The notes under the pieces were generated by a model. That model saw only the letters and a list, made by a program, of their open reading frames with translations, was not told the DNA's origin and did not search any database. From Sphyrna mokarran (taxonomy: Eukaryota), in NCBI GenBank assembly GCA_024679065.1, contig JAGIQG010000011.1, forward strand, positions 43,710,001-43,774,000: a stretch of 64,000 nt of DNA, read 5' to 3'. Of the stretch, positions 35,501 through 45,837 are shown piece after piece (position 1 is the first letter of the stretch; the number at the start of each line of letters is the position of its first letter). Position numbers and translations under genes: made by a program.

Positions 35501-38500
35501 CAGATTATGCTGAAATTTTCATTAAACCGTGTTGAATTTAAATTCCCCAATTACTGTAGTGAAATTTGAATTATGTCTCTGGATCATGAATCCAGGCCAG
35601 TGGATTACTAGTCCTGCAACCACTGTTACCAGAATTCAACTAATTTTTTTATGCAACGTAGCTGATCTTTCTGTACATTTTCTTTTCTTTCAAGATTGAA
35701 TATAAAATTATATTTCAGAGTAAATTATCTTGGGTAGAATATTATTTTCTAATTGGTTAGTTTTGAGTTCCTGAGATTGACAGCTGAACACTGGAAATAT
35801 ATGCTGCTATGAAATCTTCTGCATAACATTTTCCACTTATCAGACTTTAACAATATTGGTGAAATTCCTGTGCATATTCTGTTGCTGATTAAGTAGAATG
35901 GAATAATTGATCTTCAGTATTTCATTTGACAAGAATAAGGTTTTGGATGCTTTAATGTCTTTGTAAATGATTACTGACCAATTCATTCAGTTTAATTAAT
36001 CATAGTTTTCTGGAACAAAAAGAAGCTACTAGCTACAAAAAAAGAGTTCTTAAAATAGATAAGTTTTCTTGTTAGTTAAAATGCAAAAGTCCACTCTAGT
36101 GGAAAAAATTGACGTAAGTTCACCAAAGGAAGCTCAAAGTTTCGTGAAACCTGGAAATTGCAAATTTCCGATTTTCCCTGCCCCTCACCAGTGACATAAT
36201 CAGGGGCATGAATCTGATTTTAATATATTTCAACAAATATAATTATTGCCAAATTGTCCCCTTCACGAGATTTTCGTACCTCACTGAAGTGACATCACAT
36301 CAGTGAGGTTTACAACGGGTTTTCTAAACATAAAACTGTCAAGGGATACCTCTAGGGCTCAAAGGTTAGTATAACTCCCAGGGGAGAGGGATTTTGACAT
36401 GTGGTCCCTGGCAATGACTTTGGCATTTATGACAGGGCAGGGTCAGACACTAGGGATGCTTCATGTGCAGGAGTTCATCTATTTGTGGTGGGGAGGAGTA
36501 AATATGGAAGGTCATGGGAATACTGGGGATGACAAGGGAGGGAGAAGGAATGAATTTGCCAGGGATAACTGTAAAACCTTACATAGGTATGTGAAGCGAA
36601 AAAGATTGCTGAAGACAAATGTAGGTCTCTTACAATCAATAACAGGAGAACTTCAATGAGAAACAAGGAAACGGGCGACCAACTAAGTACATACTTTGGT
36701 TCCTTCTTTACAAAGGAGAACATAAATAACAAAGAACAAAACAGCACGGGAAACAGGCCCTTTGGCCCAACGAGCCCGCACCGCCACCTCGATGTTCCCA
36801 CTTCTACCCATGATCCTGTCTATGTTTATAGATCTATGCATTGAAACCAAATTTGAGACAATTTAGGGAGAATTTGTTCTGCCAGTCAGCCTAAGAGTGC
36901 ATCTTTGGGATGTGGGAGGAAACCGGAGCACCCAGAGAAAACCCACGCAAGTATAGAGAGAATGCGCAAACTCCCACAGACACAGGCCTAAATCCATGTA
37001 TCTGCACAGCATAGTGATAGTCACTGAGCTATCGTGTTGCCCATCAAATGGTCCAGGTCAAGCGTACACTAACAATGTGAAGCACTTGGATGCTCTCGGG
37101 AAAAAAAATCCAAGAGCACCCCTCTCACGACCCATCGCGTGTATGCCCCTTGTTAGTACCTGTAGGATAAAATACATCAATATCATCGATTATTTACATA
37201 CTTCCCAGGGAACTCCCAAGGCTCATGATCCCTATTTTAAATCAGTTTCCGATATCCCTCCGTTCTCATTCTATTCATGTGCCCATCTAAGTATCTTTTA
37301 AATAACTCCAGAGTGTCTGCCTCCACCACTTGGCAGCACGTTCCATACCCCCACCACCCTCTGTGTGAAAAAAACTTCCTCTAGCATCCAAATTATACCT
37401 TACCCCCCTCACCCTAAGCCCGTGACCCCTCGTGCTAATTGAGTCCATCTTTGGAAAAAGCTTAACCCTGTTTACTCTATCTATACCCCTCATAATCTTC
37501 TACAACTCTATTAGATCTCCTTTAAGTCTATGTCTTTCTAAGGAAAACAGCCCCAATTTGCCTAACCTCTCGTCGTAACTCAGACCTTCCATACCAGGCA
37601 GCATCTTGGTAAACCTCCTCTGCACTCTCTCCAGAGTCTCCACGTCCTTCCGGTAGTAAGGCGACCAGAACTGGATGCAGTATTCCAAATGAGATCTAAC
37701 CAATGTTTTATACAACTGCAACATTAAAGGCCAGCTCTTGTATTCTATATCCCTTCCTATGAAGGCCAGCATGCCATATGCTTTCTTCACAACCTTTTTC
37801 ACCTGCTCTGTCACCTTCAGAGACTTGTGCACCTGCACCCCCAGGTCCCTCTGCGTTTCTATACCCTTAATAACTCTACCCTTTATCATATATCTCCCCC
37901 CTACATTCTTTCTCCCGAAATGCATCATCTCGCATTTATCAGGGTTGAATTCCATCTGCCATCTATCTGCCCAAGCTACCAGCCTATCTATGTCCTGTTG
38001 TATCGCCTGACAATGCTCCGCACTATCTGCAAGTCCAGCCATCTTTGTATCGTCTGCAAACTTGCTGATCACTCCACTTACTCCCTCTTCCAAGTCATTT
38101 ATATATATTACAAATATATCTATAACAGACCAGAAATGTCAGGGAACACAGCGGTTAGTGAGAGAGAAGAACAGGAAATGTGGGAGAGGAGATAGGGATG
38201 CCAGCGATAATTGGGACCGGGATGGGACAGGGGAAAGGAGATGCTGGGGCTGAGCATGTTGGGGTGTGGGAATGGGGATGATGGGGTTGGGAGTTATGGG
38301 AATGCCGAGGATGACTTGGGGGAAGAGCTGGGGCAGAAGTGGAAAGGGATAGAGATGCCCGGGATGATGGTGAGTGGAGATGGGATAGAGGATACGGGGG
38401 TGATTGGTGAAAGGGGAGGGGGTTATTTCTTACTTGTGATGGGAGCCTGTTCCCAGCTCTTAAGAGTCCCCTTCTTGCTAGAGAGATGGTGTGAACCATG

Positions 38501-41500
38501 CTCATTATTTTTTGTTTGCTTTCAAAATGTCAAGATCTGGAGAAAAATAGACCAATGGAGTTGGGGAGTTTCACACAGGTTTTCTTGCCAGAACTAACAC
38601 TTTGACAAATCCCCTTAAGACTCTCCCCTGTGTTTCAGGAATGATTTATGTAAAAATTGTACCAAGTACATAGTGAAAATAGGGTGTTTTCTGAATAGAA
38701 AACATGTCCAAGAAGGTTCAGCTTAAAGAGTCAGGTTTCCATGTCGTAAATGCATTCAATACCATCATCAATTGGAAGTTGTGAAGGCACCTAAAGCAGG
38801 CATTCGGCCCCTTGAATTCACTTATAAGCAACTTGGCCTGCTGCATTCATGATTATTTGACTTACATGCAACCCAGCAGTAATCCTCAAAGAGTTGACTG
38901 AAGCTCACCTCACAATATGCTTCTTTAAGAACTGCTTAGAAGAATCTTTTGGCCCCATATTAAAAATGCAGGTCGCTTTCTTCCTGGGCTTCTTGTCCCT
39001 TGGTCAGTATCTAGAAGGTTCACCTTGTTATTGCTTTACCATCCTTTCCACCCCCAATCTTAGAATTGCCTAACTGGCTTTGGGATTCAACCACTGTACA
39101 TTGGTACTATACTAATCAGGCCAACAAATTAATTATTATTATGTTGTCAGCCTCATTATGCACTTGAATGATGTCCTGATTTAGGAGTGATCTATTTTCT
39201 GAGTCTTAATATTTTCTGGCTGTACAGTGCCCTGAATTTTATTCATTCATTTTATTTATTCATTAAACATTTGTTTAAGTGATTATCAGTCGGTAAGCCT
39301 ATTAAATAATCTTTAACCATCTCATCTGAGCTCTGTGAAGAAAATCATGGGACTAGGAAGCGTTTACAATGATACTGGTCTACTAACTTAGGTACCTGAA
39401 GCCAGATTTTCATGTCAGAGGTGGGAGTCAAGTGAGATTAGTCTTGCTAATGTAGTCCTATCTCCATCTCAGAATTTTCCAGAGATCCAGATGCTAAGTG
39501 ACTTGGAGTTAGGCTGCTTGAGACAGAACTGAAGGTAGGTCATGTCCAGAATGGGCAGGTTAAAATACCTGCCTCTGTTCCCAAAATACCTCAACATGAT
39601 GTTTCCAAGATAATCAGATGTTCACCTATTGTCCAGTTGGACCTTCTGACCACTTTAAACCACTCCTGTCAGTCCCTCATCCATACTCCTCGCCCCCTCA
39701 TTATTCTGAACTGCCCAACTTCTCACCCATTATGCACTGATGAACAGAATTCACAGACCATATTATAAGTTGTATGTCATGGAATAACCCCGAGAACTTC
39801 TAATGTAAACAAATAAATTGTTCAAAGCAGCTGTATAAATAATGTAACTTAGCTTAACGTTAACAACATCTGTCATAGGGAAAACATTAGAGGCTATTTG
39901 TGAAAAAAACATGATGCAAGGCACTTAAATAAATTCAAGGCAGGCAGAGTCAATCTGGTTTTGTGAAAGGGAAATCATACTTAATCAATTTATTGGAGGT
40001 GTTTCAATGAGTTACATGTGCTGTGGATAAAGAGGAACTGCTGGATATACTGTCCTTAGATTTCTAGAAGACATTTGATAAGATGCTGCATCAAAAGTTA
40101 TTACGGAAAGTAAAAGCTCATGGTGTCAGAGTAACATATTGGCATAGGTAGAAGATTGACTAGCCAACAAGAAACAGTGAATAGGCATGAATGAGTCTTT
40201 TTCTGGTTGGCATGATCTAATGATGTCACGACACACGACAATGCAGAATCGCTGAGCAGAAACTGCACACGTGAGGACGGTCTCAACCGGAATCTTAGGT
40301 TCATGTCACACTATCTGTTTGTAATTTTTATAAATGATCTGGATGAGGGTATTGAGGGATGGATCAGTAAATTTGCAGATGATACTAAAGTTGGTGGTGT
40401 GGTAGATAGTGAAGAGGGGTGTTTTAGTTTACAGAGTGACTTGGACAAGTTGCAGAGCTGGGCCGAGAGGTGGCAAATGGAGTTTAATGTGGAAAAGTGT
40501 GAGGTAATGCACTTTGGCAGGAACAATAAATGTGTAGAGTATAGGGCTAATGGTAGGGCTCTTAATAGTGTTGAGGAACAGAAGGATCTTGGTGTATGTG
40601 TCAATAGATCCCTGAAAGTAGGCAGTCAAGTGGATAAAGTTGTTAAGAAGGCATATGGAGTCTTAGCTTTTATTGGTAGGGGGATTGAATTTAGGAGCCG
40701 CAGCATCATGTTGCAACTGTACAAAACTCTAGTGCGGCCGCACTTGGAGTATTGTGTGCAGTTCTGGTCGCCACATTATAAGAAAGATGTGGAGGCATTG
40801 GAGAGGGTACAGAGGAGGTTTACCAGGATGTTGCCTGGTATGGAGGGCAGGTCCTATGAAGAGAGGTTGAAGGATTTGAGGTTGTTTTCGTTAGAAAGGA
40901 GGCGGCTAAGGGGGGATCTTATTGAAGCATATAAGATAATTAGAGGTTTGGATAGGGTGGACAGTGATAGCCTTTTTCCTAGGATGGAGAAAGCTAGCAC
41001 GAGGGGACACAGCTTTAAATTAAGGGGTATGAGTTATAGGACGGATATCAGAGGTAGGTTCTTTACTCAAAGAGTGATTAGGGAGTGGAATGCCCTGCCT
41101 GCAGCTGTTGTAGATGCGCCAAGTTTGGTGGCGTTTAAGAGGTTAGTTGATAAGTATATGGAAGAGAAGGGAATGGTTTAGTTAGGAGGGGCATTGCTTT
41201 TTATTTTGGTCGGCACAACATCGAAGGCCGAAGGGCCTGTTCTGTGCTGTATTGTTCTATGTTCTATGTTCTATGTTCTATCTGTAACCCCCATGACTTG
41301 CCTGGGCTTGCAAAATCTCACTAACTATCCTGGCCGGAGACAATACACATCTCTTTAACCTGTACTTAGCCCTCTCTCCACTCACCTTGTCTGTACCTTT
41401 AAGACTTGATTACTGGTAAAGATTTGCATTCCAACCATTATTTTGTAAATTGAGTTTGTGTCTTCATATGCCTTGCTGTGAATAGAACTCCCACTCACCT

Positions 41501-44500
41501 GACAAAGGAGCAGCGCTGTGAAAGCTTGTGGCTTGTGCTGCCAAATAAACTTGTTGGACTTTAACCTGGTGTTGTAAGACTTCGTATTATGGTATAATGA
41601 ACAAGAGGGCACTTCTTACAATTTATAAAAATGACTTGCATGGAGGAACCAACTTATGATTGATAAATTTGTTGATGATACAAAGATCAGAAGGAAAGTA
41701 AGGAAGAGGACATAGAGAGGCTGTTCAAAAGGGCATAGATAAGTGAATGAGCAAAGATCTGGCAAATGAAGTATATTGTGGGTAAATGTGAAATTCTGCC
41801 TTTTGTCAAGAACAATTAAAAGAAGCATATTATTTTTAAGTAGTGAGAAATTACAGAGTTCTGAAATTCAGAGGAATCTTTTCTTACTACATGAATCACA
41901 ATGGGCTGATATGCAGGCACAGCAAGTAGTTAGGAAAACTAATACAATGTTATTGTCAGGAGAATGGAGTAAAATAAGGAAGTTATGCTTCAGTTATACA
42001 GAGCACTGGTGAGTCCACATCTGGAGTACTGTTTATGTTATTGGTCTCCTTAGTGAGGGAAAGATGTAAATGCATTAGAAGCAGTTCAGAGAAGATTTCT
42101 AGATTAATACCAGGAATGGACAGGTTGTCTTATGAGGAAAAGTTGTACAGGTTAACCTCATATCCATTGGGGTTTAGAAAAGTAATAAGTAACTTGATTG
42201 AAATCTTTAGGAACCTGAGGGGTCTTGACAGGATGGATGTGGAAAAGATGTTTCCTGATTTGGGAGTGGGGGGGGGGGTTGTGATGCAGGGGTTGGTGAC
42301 GACACTCTTCCTCAAAAGACAGTGAGGGCAGAGTCTTTGAATATTTCTAAGGCAAAGATAGATTCTTAATAAGCAGATGGGCAGAAAGTTATGAGGTGTA
42401 GGCAGGAGGTTACAGCTGTGATCTTGTTAAATGCATGATGATCCCAGTGGATATTATAACTGAACAGGAAGATCCTAGAATGGAACCCTGGCTCAAAAGA
42501 CTATATTTTTTTATATAAAACATGGAGAAACAGAATTGTAAGACTGCTAACTATTTCTAACAACAAAAAATCATTAAACATGAAAAGAATTGAATTATGA
42601 TACAGTACTCCTTTAGTTCCCCCTTAGCTTAACTGTTCACAGATTTTAAGATTAACATGAATGACAATGTACATCTTAAGCTACAATGGTCTCAGTAATG
42701 CAAAGTTCCTTTAAATACATGGATTGGCTGTGGTCACATACACACACACTCCATTCAAAAACCCTAATGAATGTATGTGGATTCCCTTCAAAATCCCCCA
42801 GTTGATTGTCACATGAGAGTTTCTAAACTCCACTCCCAGAAACATCTTTTAAGATCTTCTTTTGAAATAATGTTTTCCATTCGCAATTTATATTCCAAAA
42901 CTCAGTCCAGGTTTTGCAATTGACTCTTTTAAACAAAGCTTCCACTCCGCTCTTAACAGTGAATCCTACATCCAGGGTTTACACCATCCCTTTTCGGATT
43001 CTTTGTCTTGATTACTGTACAAACTGTTCACATTGCTTTTACTCTTGATTCACAGTCTCTATTAAAATGGCATTGAACTTTTGATTTACCTCCGAAATCT
43101 GCTTTCCCACTTTAAATATAGTTACTGCAATTTTCTCTGTAACTCAGAACATTTTGTTTACTTTTCCTTGGTCTCTGTTCTCTTAACTTCAGTCACCTTA
43201 AGACATTGTTTTGACCCAAGTTCCCTAGTTATCCGGACAGTAACTGGTTCTTTGGGTAACTTGCCTCTTTCCAACTTCTGTCCTGTCTGATCTTTCTCCT
43301 AGCAGAGTTCAGAGGTATTCACTCCCTGGTGTCTTGAGTCAACTACCCCCAAATTCAACTAAACTCAAGCATAAAAACTTTTCAAAGGGGTTACAAGGCC
43401 TCTAGTTGCAAAGCAAAGCCTGCATACTTCTCTGACTTATTTACTCCTCACATCATGCTTTCCAGATATCTTCTGCCCCTAGGGTGATTACCTAATCTAG
43501 GTTGATTCCTCAAGCCAGCTGGCCCTCTGTTGTCCTTAAAGGGACAGTCACCACACCCATACAAATATGGATCCTTTAAAACCACCATTGTTTTCCTAAC
43601 ATATGGCAGAGCAGGCTTATTGTTGCCTACTCCTGTTCCTATTTCATATGTTTGTTAGAGATAATGTTAAAGATGAAATATTTAAACTTATACTAGGTTA
43701 TCCTTTCAGTAGTGTGGAATTTACTTCTACCTTAATATTATAGAATCATAGAACCCTACAGTGTAGAAAGAGGCCCTTTGGCCCATCGAGTCTGCACTGA
43801 CCTCAATCCCATCCAGGCCCTATTCCTATATCCTATATATTTTACTCACTAATCCCTCTAACCTAAGCATCCTAGAACACTAAGGAGCTATTTTGGCATG
43901 ACCAATCAACCTAACTCGCACATCTTTGGACTGTGGGAGGAAACCAGAGCACCCAGAAGAAACCCACGCAGACACAAGGAGAATATGCAGACTCCACACA
44001 GACAGTGACCCGAACCAGGAATCGAACCCAGGTCCCTGGAGCTGTGAAGCAGCAGTGCTAACCGTGTGCTACTATGCTGTCCCATCTATTAGATGAACTT
44101 CTTAAACTCATCAAAAGCCCTTTCCACATTTACAATGTTGATCTCTTACTTGGCAGCTTGCCAGTTGGCAGACATAACCATTTGGCAACACATCCTTTAA
44201 GGGGCAGTTACATCTTCTAATCAAGCATTGCCATAATTCAACTTATTGAACACAGTGACAACTCATATTGCAACATGTAATGGTGAAGTATAAAGGAGGT
44301 AAAACTATTCGATGTTAGGTAGACAGCACAATGTTAAGCTTGTAATGTCATCAGTTGTTTTGCAGGTGTTTAGTTAGTCAAGCCCAAGCCTTTTTATGGT
44401 GAACAACTTCTCAATTAATCTGCCGTGTTGAATGTAACCAACCCATGTGCCATGACTCCACTTTTTTTTATCCTCACAAGTGCAACATATATAATAAAAA

Positions 44501-45837
44501 CTATTTTACTTACCTTTCAAATGCTTCTGGCCTCCAATCCATCATTCATGCCTCAATGGAGCCAGTATAAAATTTGACGGTCACTAAAGCCTGGTTGTCT
44601 CTATAAAATTAATTAATTTACCTGGAGTTAGTTCTTAGTGAGGCCACAAAACTTCTGGTTGCCTCACTAATAGATGTAGGTGAGTTATGAGGCCAGCTCC
44701 TGTGCCATCATGAGGGCAGGAAAGAAGGAGTGACCCCTGACTATTCCACTTCCATTTTGACCCAGTCTGGATCATGAAAATCTGTCCTCTGGATAACAAA
44801 GGCAAAAGTTAGCATTAATTTTTTTCAAAAAGCAAGTGACCTTGAGCTGACAGTTTTTAATACAGACCCAATAGATTTACTAATGTCCTTTAGGGAATAA
44901 AATTTGCTGTCCTTATCCAGTCTGTCCTAAATAGGGACTCTAGTCCCACATCAATGAAGTTGACTTTTAACTGCTCTCTGAAATGTTTTAATTTGATCAA
45001 ACTGTTCTTTTTAGAGGTCCATGAAAAAGTCTTACTGTGACCATTGCTTCTAGGAAAGGGCAGTAAGTGTTGGTCTTGCCAGTAATGGCCAGATCCCATA
45101 TGTAAATTTAATACAAATCACAATTCCAAGCTGAATGCAATTTTAGCCAGGTTTGAGATAAATTTAGCTACTTTTGGAGTTAATCTTTTCCAACCTATTT
45201 GTCAGTTAAGGACTAATTATGGGTGCATTCCATATTATTGATGCATGATAAATATTAAACACTTCTTAATTTACTACATTATTGGAGTTGATATAATGCG
45301 TGAACCAACAGTGCTTAGTGAAACATGTTTTTCTGGTAACGTCAGAAGTTTCCATTCCGGCTTACCATGCAAAGTGTTTTAATTTGAGCTGATTTGTTAC
45401 AATTTTAGACATATTACATACTTGATTGAAAATGTTTTTACTAAGATAGTAATTTTTAATTGGCACAGCTGTCGAATAAGTCGTATTTTAGAGGCTCCAC
45501 GAGGCAATGCCCTGTTAGTTGGAGTTGGTGGAAGTGGCAAACAAAGCCTATGTCGTTTAGCTGCATTCCTCAGCTCACTAGAAGTGTTTCAGATTACACT
45601 ACGGAAGAATTATTGCATTCCTGATCTCAGGGTAAGAATTCTGATTACTAAAAAATGCCAACCAAATTTTGAATTGTGAGTTCCTTACAATTTTTATCTT
45701 AATGATCACACAGAGTGACATTGCAGCTTTATACATTAAAGTTGGAGTGAAGAACATTGGCACAGTATTCCTTCATACAGATGCTCAAATACCAGATGAA
45801 CGATTCCTTGTTTTAATTAATGACATGTTGGCTTCAG
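2400..45837 (+). CDS. DNAH11: Axonemal dynein heavy chain, outer-arm beta type (DNAH11-like; internal 9 exons, AAA2 end to AAA4 start); gene continues beyond both window ends
   Basis: Nine exons with AG/GT borders splice in frame (174+205+166+103+240+162+194+163+124 nt) into a colinear dynein motor sequence. Paralog identity (DNAH11 vs a DNAH9/11-like fish paralog) is not certain. Confidence 0.9.
2968..3107. other. Assembly gap (140 N)
   Basis: Run of N. Confidence 1.
4320..4705 (+). mobile_element. Decayed DeuSINE-type (SacSINE1/AmnSINE1-like) element
   Basis: ataatctaggctgacact...gagatgccacctttt...caggtggaagcaaaagatc...gggacattttgagg...aaatgcaagt follows the Deu domain and tail layout; another tail at ~16015-16105. 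Confidence 0.6.
4816..5020 (+). CDS. DNAH11: Dynein heavy chain exon with AAA3 Walker A (GNAGVGKT)
   Basis: attag|GATGTG...CAGA|gtaagt; DVLVHTQET...[13 protein letters not shown]...[13 protein letters not shown]; phase 0-1. Confidence 0.97.
7101..7266 (+). CDS. DNAH11: Dynein heavy chain exon with AAA3 Walker B ([10 protein letters not shown])
   Basis: gacag|GAGTT...CATTG|gtaagt; [16 protein letters not shown]...[32 protein letters not shown]; phase 1-2. Confidence 0.97.
8010..9355 (+). mobile_element. CR1/HER1-type LINE ORF2 fragment (decayed RT)
   Basis: [44 protein letters not shown] with stops and frameshifts. Confidence 0.9.
10172..10274 (+). CDS. DNAH11: Dynein heavy chain exon [34 protein letters not shown]
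   Basis: cattag|GTATGAC...CTTCAG|gtaaaa; sensor-1 CMNP; phase 2-0. Confidence 0.96.
10415..10640 (+). mobile_element. Rex1/Babar LINE 3' end
   Basis: [11 protein letters not shown] terminus, 3' UTR shared with the 14000 and 53300 copies, (caaat)n tail. Confidence 0.7.
12945..13050 (+). mobile_element. Penelope-like element 3' tail fragment
   Basis: acagatgctg...acctgctgag...cagcattttctgtttttgtttcag...cagcatccacagt, a typical elasmobranch PLE tail. Confidence 0.5.
14000..14712 (-). mobile_element. Rex1/Babar LINE 3' fragment
   Basis: [17 protein letters not shown]...[14 protein letters not shown]...[16 protein letters not shown]. Confidence 0.85.
14845..15400 (+). mobile_element. CR1 3' fragment ending ~35 nt before the 15436 exon; contains a 98-bp insertion
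   Basis: [21 protein letters not shown]...[11 protein letters not shown]. Confidence 0.8.
15436..15675 (+). CDS. DNAH11: Dynein heavy chain exon RHFSVF...[15 protein letters not shown]
   Basis: Polypyrimidine tract + tgcag|AGACAT...TTCCAG|gtatgt; [11 protein letters not shown] motif; phase 0-0. Confidence 0.97.
16742..16837. repeat. Perfect 47-bp tandem duplication in a G-rich tract
   Basis: gaggtattagttggggttgatggcattgagggggcttaggtgatcat at 16742 and again at 16789. Confidence 0.95.
17500..19640 (+). pseudogene. Decayed intronless coiled-coil protein gene of unknown origin
   Basis: A/G-rich E/K/Q/L-biased frames broken by stops and frameshifts; ORFs 19110-19328 and 19371-19574 share one frame; AATAAA at 19631. 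Confidence 0.55.
20497..20785 (+). mobile_element. HE1/V-SINE (related copies ~23830-24125 +, ~24363-24500 + partial, ~34228-34580 +, ~43742-44085 -, ~49270-49540 -, ~56710-57000 +)
   Basis: tRNA head ggtggcacagtggttaacactgctg, V-domain tgtggag...gggttttctccgggtgctcc, CR1-like tail ggattctat. Confidence 0.85.
20785..20997. mobile_element. hAT/Charlie-like DNA transposon end (duplicated at ~24130-24339)
   Basis: Ends in aaaaggttggagaccactg (reverse complement CAGTGGTCTCCAACCTTTT, a Charlie-type TIR). Confidence 0.6.
21116..21277 (+). CDS. DNAH11: Dynein heavy chain exon GILFVTPDC...[14 protein letters not shown]...KRYFE
   Basis: ttcaag|GGTATA...TTTGAG|gtacaa; LWLHESxRVYxDKL motif; phase 0-0. 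Confidence 0.95.
22110..22570 (+). mobile_element. CR1/HER1 3' fragment
   Basis: RT C-terminus plus tail gaagggcttatttccatgctataaacctctatgactcta. Confidence 0.85.
23402..23595 (+). CDS. DNAH11: Dynein heavy chain exon [20 protein letters not shown]...[12 protein letters not shown]
   Basis: ctctag|GTTATT...CATAT|gtaagt; PLIYCHFA and MNLVLF motifs; phase 0-2. Not in the ORF track. Confidence 0.95.
24520..25500 (+). mobile_element. L2-clade LINE RT fragment, old
   Basis: caatcaggtttc...gatagtactgaaa (QSGF..STE), LLLDLSA and downstream RT/3' segments. Confidence 0.7.
26270..27470 (+). mobile_element. tRNA-derived SINE, third family (also ~56490-56640), split by the CR1 at 26480-27345
   Basis: Head ggagatcttgtggtgcaatggtaat...ctgggttcaagtc; tail gcaaaccactgcagtactttgc resumes after the CR1. 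Confidence 0.55.
26480..27345 (-). mobile_element. CR1 3' fragment
   Basis: ORF 26927-27313 KCEVIHFG...[19 protein letters not shown]; (cataagaa)n tail. Confidence 0.9.
29834..30065. mobile_element. Penelope-derived fold-back insertion with hammerhead core, 13-bp TSD
   Basis: Arms 29832-29930 / 29939-30037; CATTGATTGGATA at 29821-29833 and 30066-30078. Confidence 0.85.
29899..29926 (-). ncRNA. Minimal type I hammerhead ribozyme core (PLE type)
   Basis: Minus strand reads CTGATGA-A-GGC-ACAAAG-GCC-GAA-AGCT-A: intact CUGANGA and GAAA boxes, short stem II, palindromic AGCU stem III. Confidence 0.65.
34110..34228. repeat. Degenerate ~45-bp tandem repeat (about 2.5 units)
   Basis: ctgtcct(t/c)tgtct(t/c)acccc...tcctg(c/t)a(c/t)tcttttaag(t/c)ctctgg repeated. 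Confidence 0.75.
34742..35030 (+). mobile_element. Penelope-like element 3'/pLTR fragment with decayed hammerhead (ctgatga at 34913)
   Basis: Similar to 41320-41590; acctgatgaaagaacagcgctccaaaagctag then aaataaacctgttgg...gacttcttactg. Confidence 0.75.
36725..38110 (-). mobile_element. CR1 subfamily copy 1 with long 3' UTR containing a V-SINE; inserted into an older + strand CR1 piece
   Basis: ORF 37500-38093 (FADDTK...[19 protein letters not shown]); 3' UTR closely matches 57785-58370. Confidence 0.9.
40227..41590 (+). mobile_element. Penelope-like element 3' end (GIY-YIG C-terminus + pLTR), split by a young CR1
   Basis: [21 protein letters not shown] at 40245-40315; pLTR resumes at 41281 with a decayed hammerhead at ~41499. 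Confidence 0.75.
40319..41280 (+). mobile_element. Young 5'-truncated CR1 with uninterrupted RT C-terminal ORF
   Basis: ORF to 41181 has no stops ([36 protein letters not shown]); (gttctat)n tail; ctatctgt at 40311-40318 and 41278-41285. Confidence 0.95.
42434..43601. mobile_element. Probable solo LTR (~1.17 kb)
   Basis: Interrupts the CR1 3' UTR; ends ...cctaaCA; flanks aatg / tatg (4 bp, one mismatch); no coding motifs. Confidence 0.5.
45469..45631 (+). CDS. DNAH11: Dynein heavy chain exon with AAA4 Walker A (GVGGSGKQS)
   Basis: cacag|CTGTCGA...CTCAGG|gtaaga; [33 protein letters not shown]; phase 2-0. Confidence 0.97.
45714..45837 (+). CDS. DNAH11: Dynein heavy chain exon [14 protein letters not shown]...[12 protein letters not shown]
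   Basis: cacacag|AGTGAC...TCAG|gtaata; [21 protein letters not shown]; phase 0-1; follows an 82-nt intron. Confidence 0.96.

Larger units (their letters stand above)
39855..43655 (+). mobile_element. Old CR1 host split by a PLE (40227-41590) and a solo LTR (42434-43601)
   Basis: RT pieces 39855-40225 and 41605-42430 are colinear; its 3' UTR atggcagagcaggct resumes at ~43603. Confidence 0.75.

Noticed and set aside
40303-41181. 292-aa ORF as a host gene
   Set aside because: It is the C-terminal part of CR1 ORF2 from a 5'-truncated insertion.
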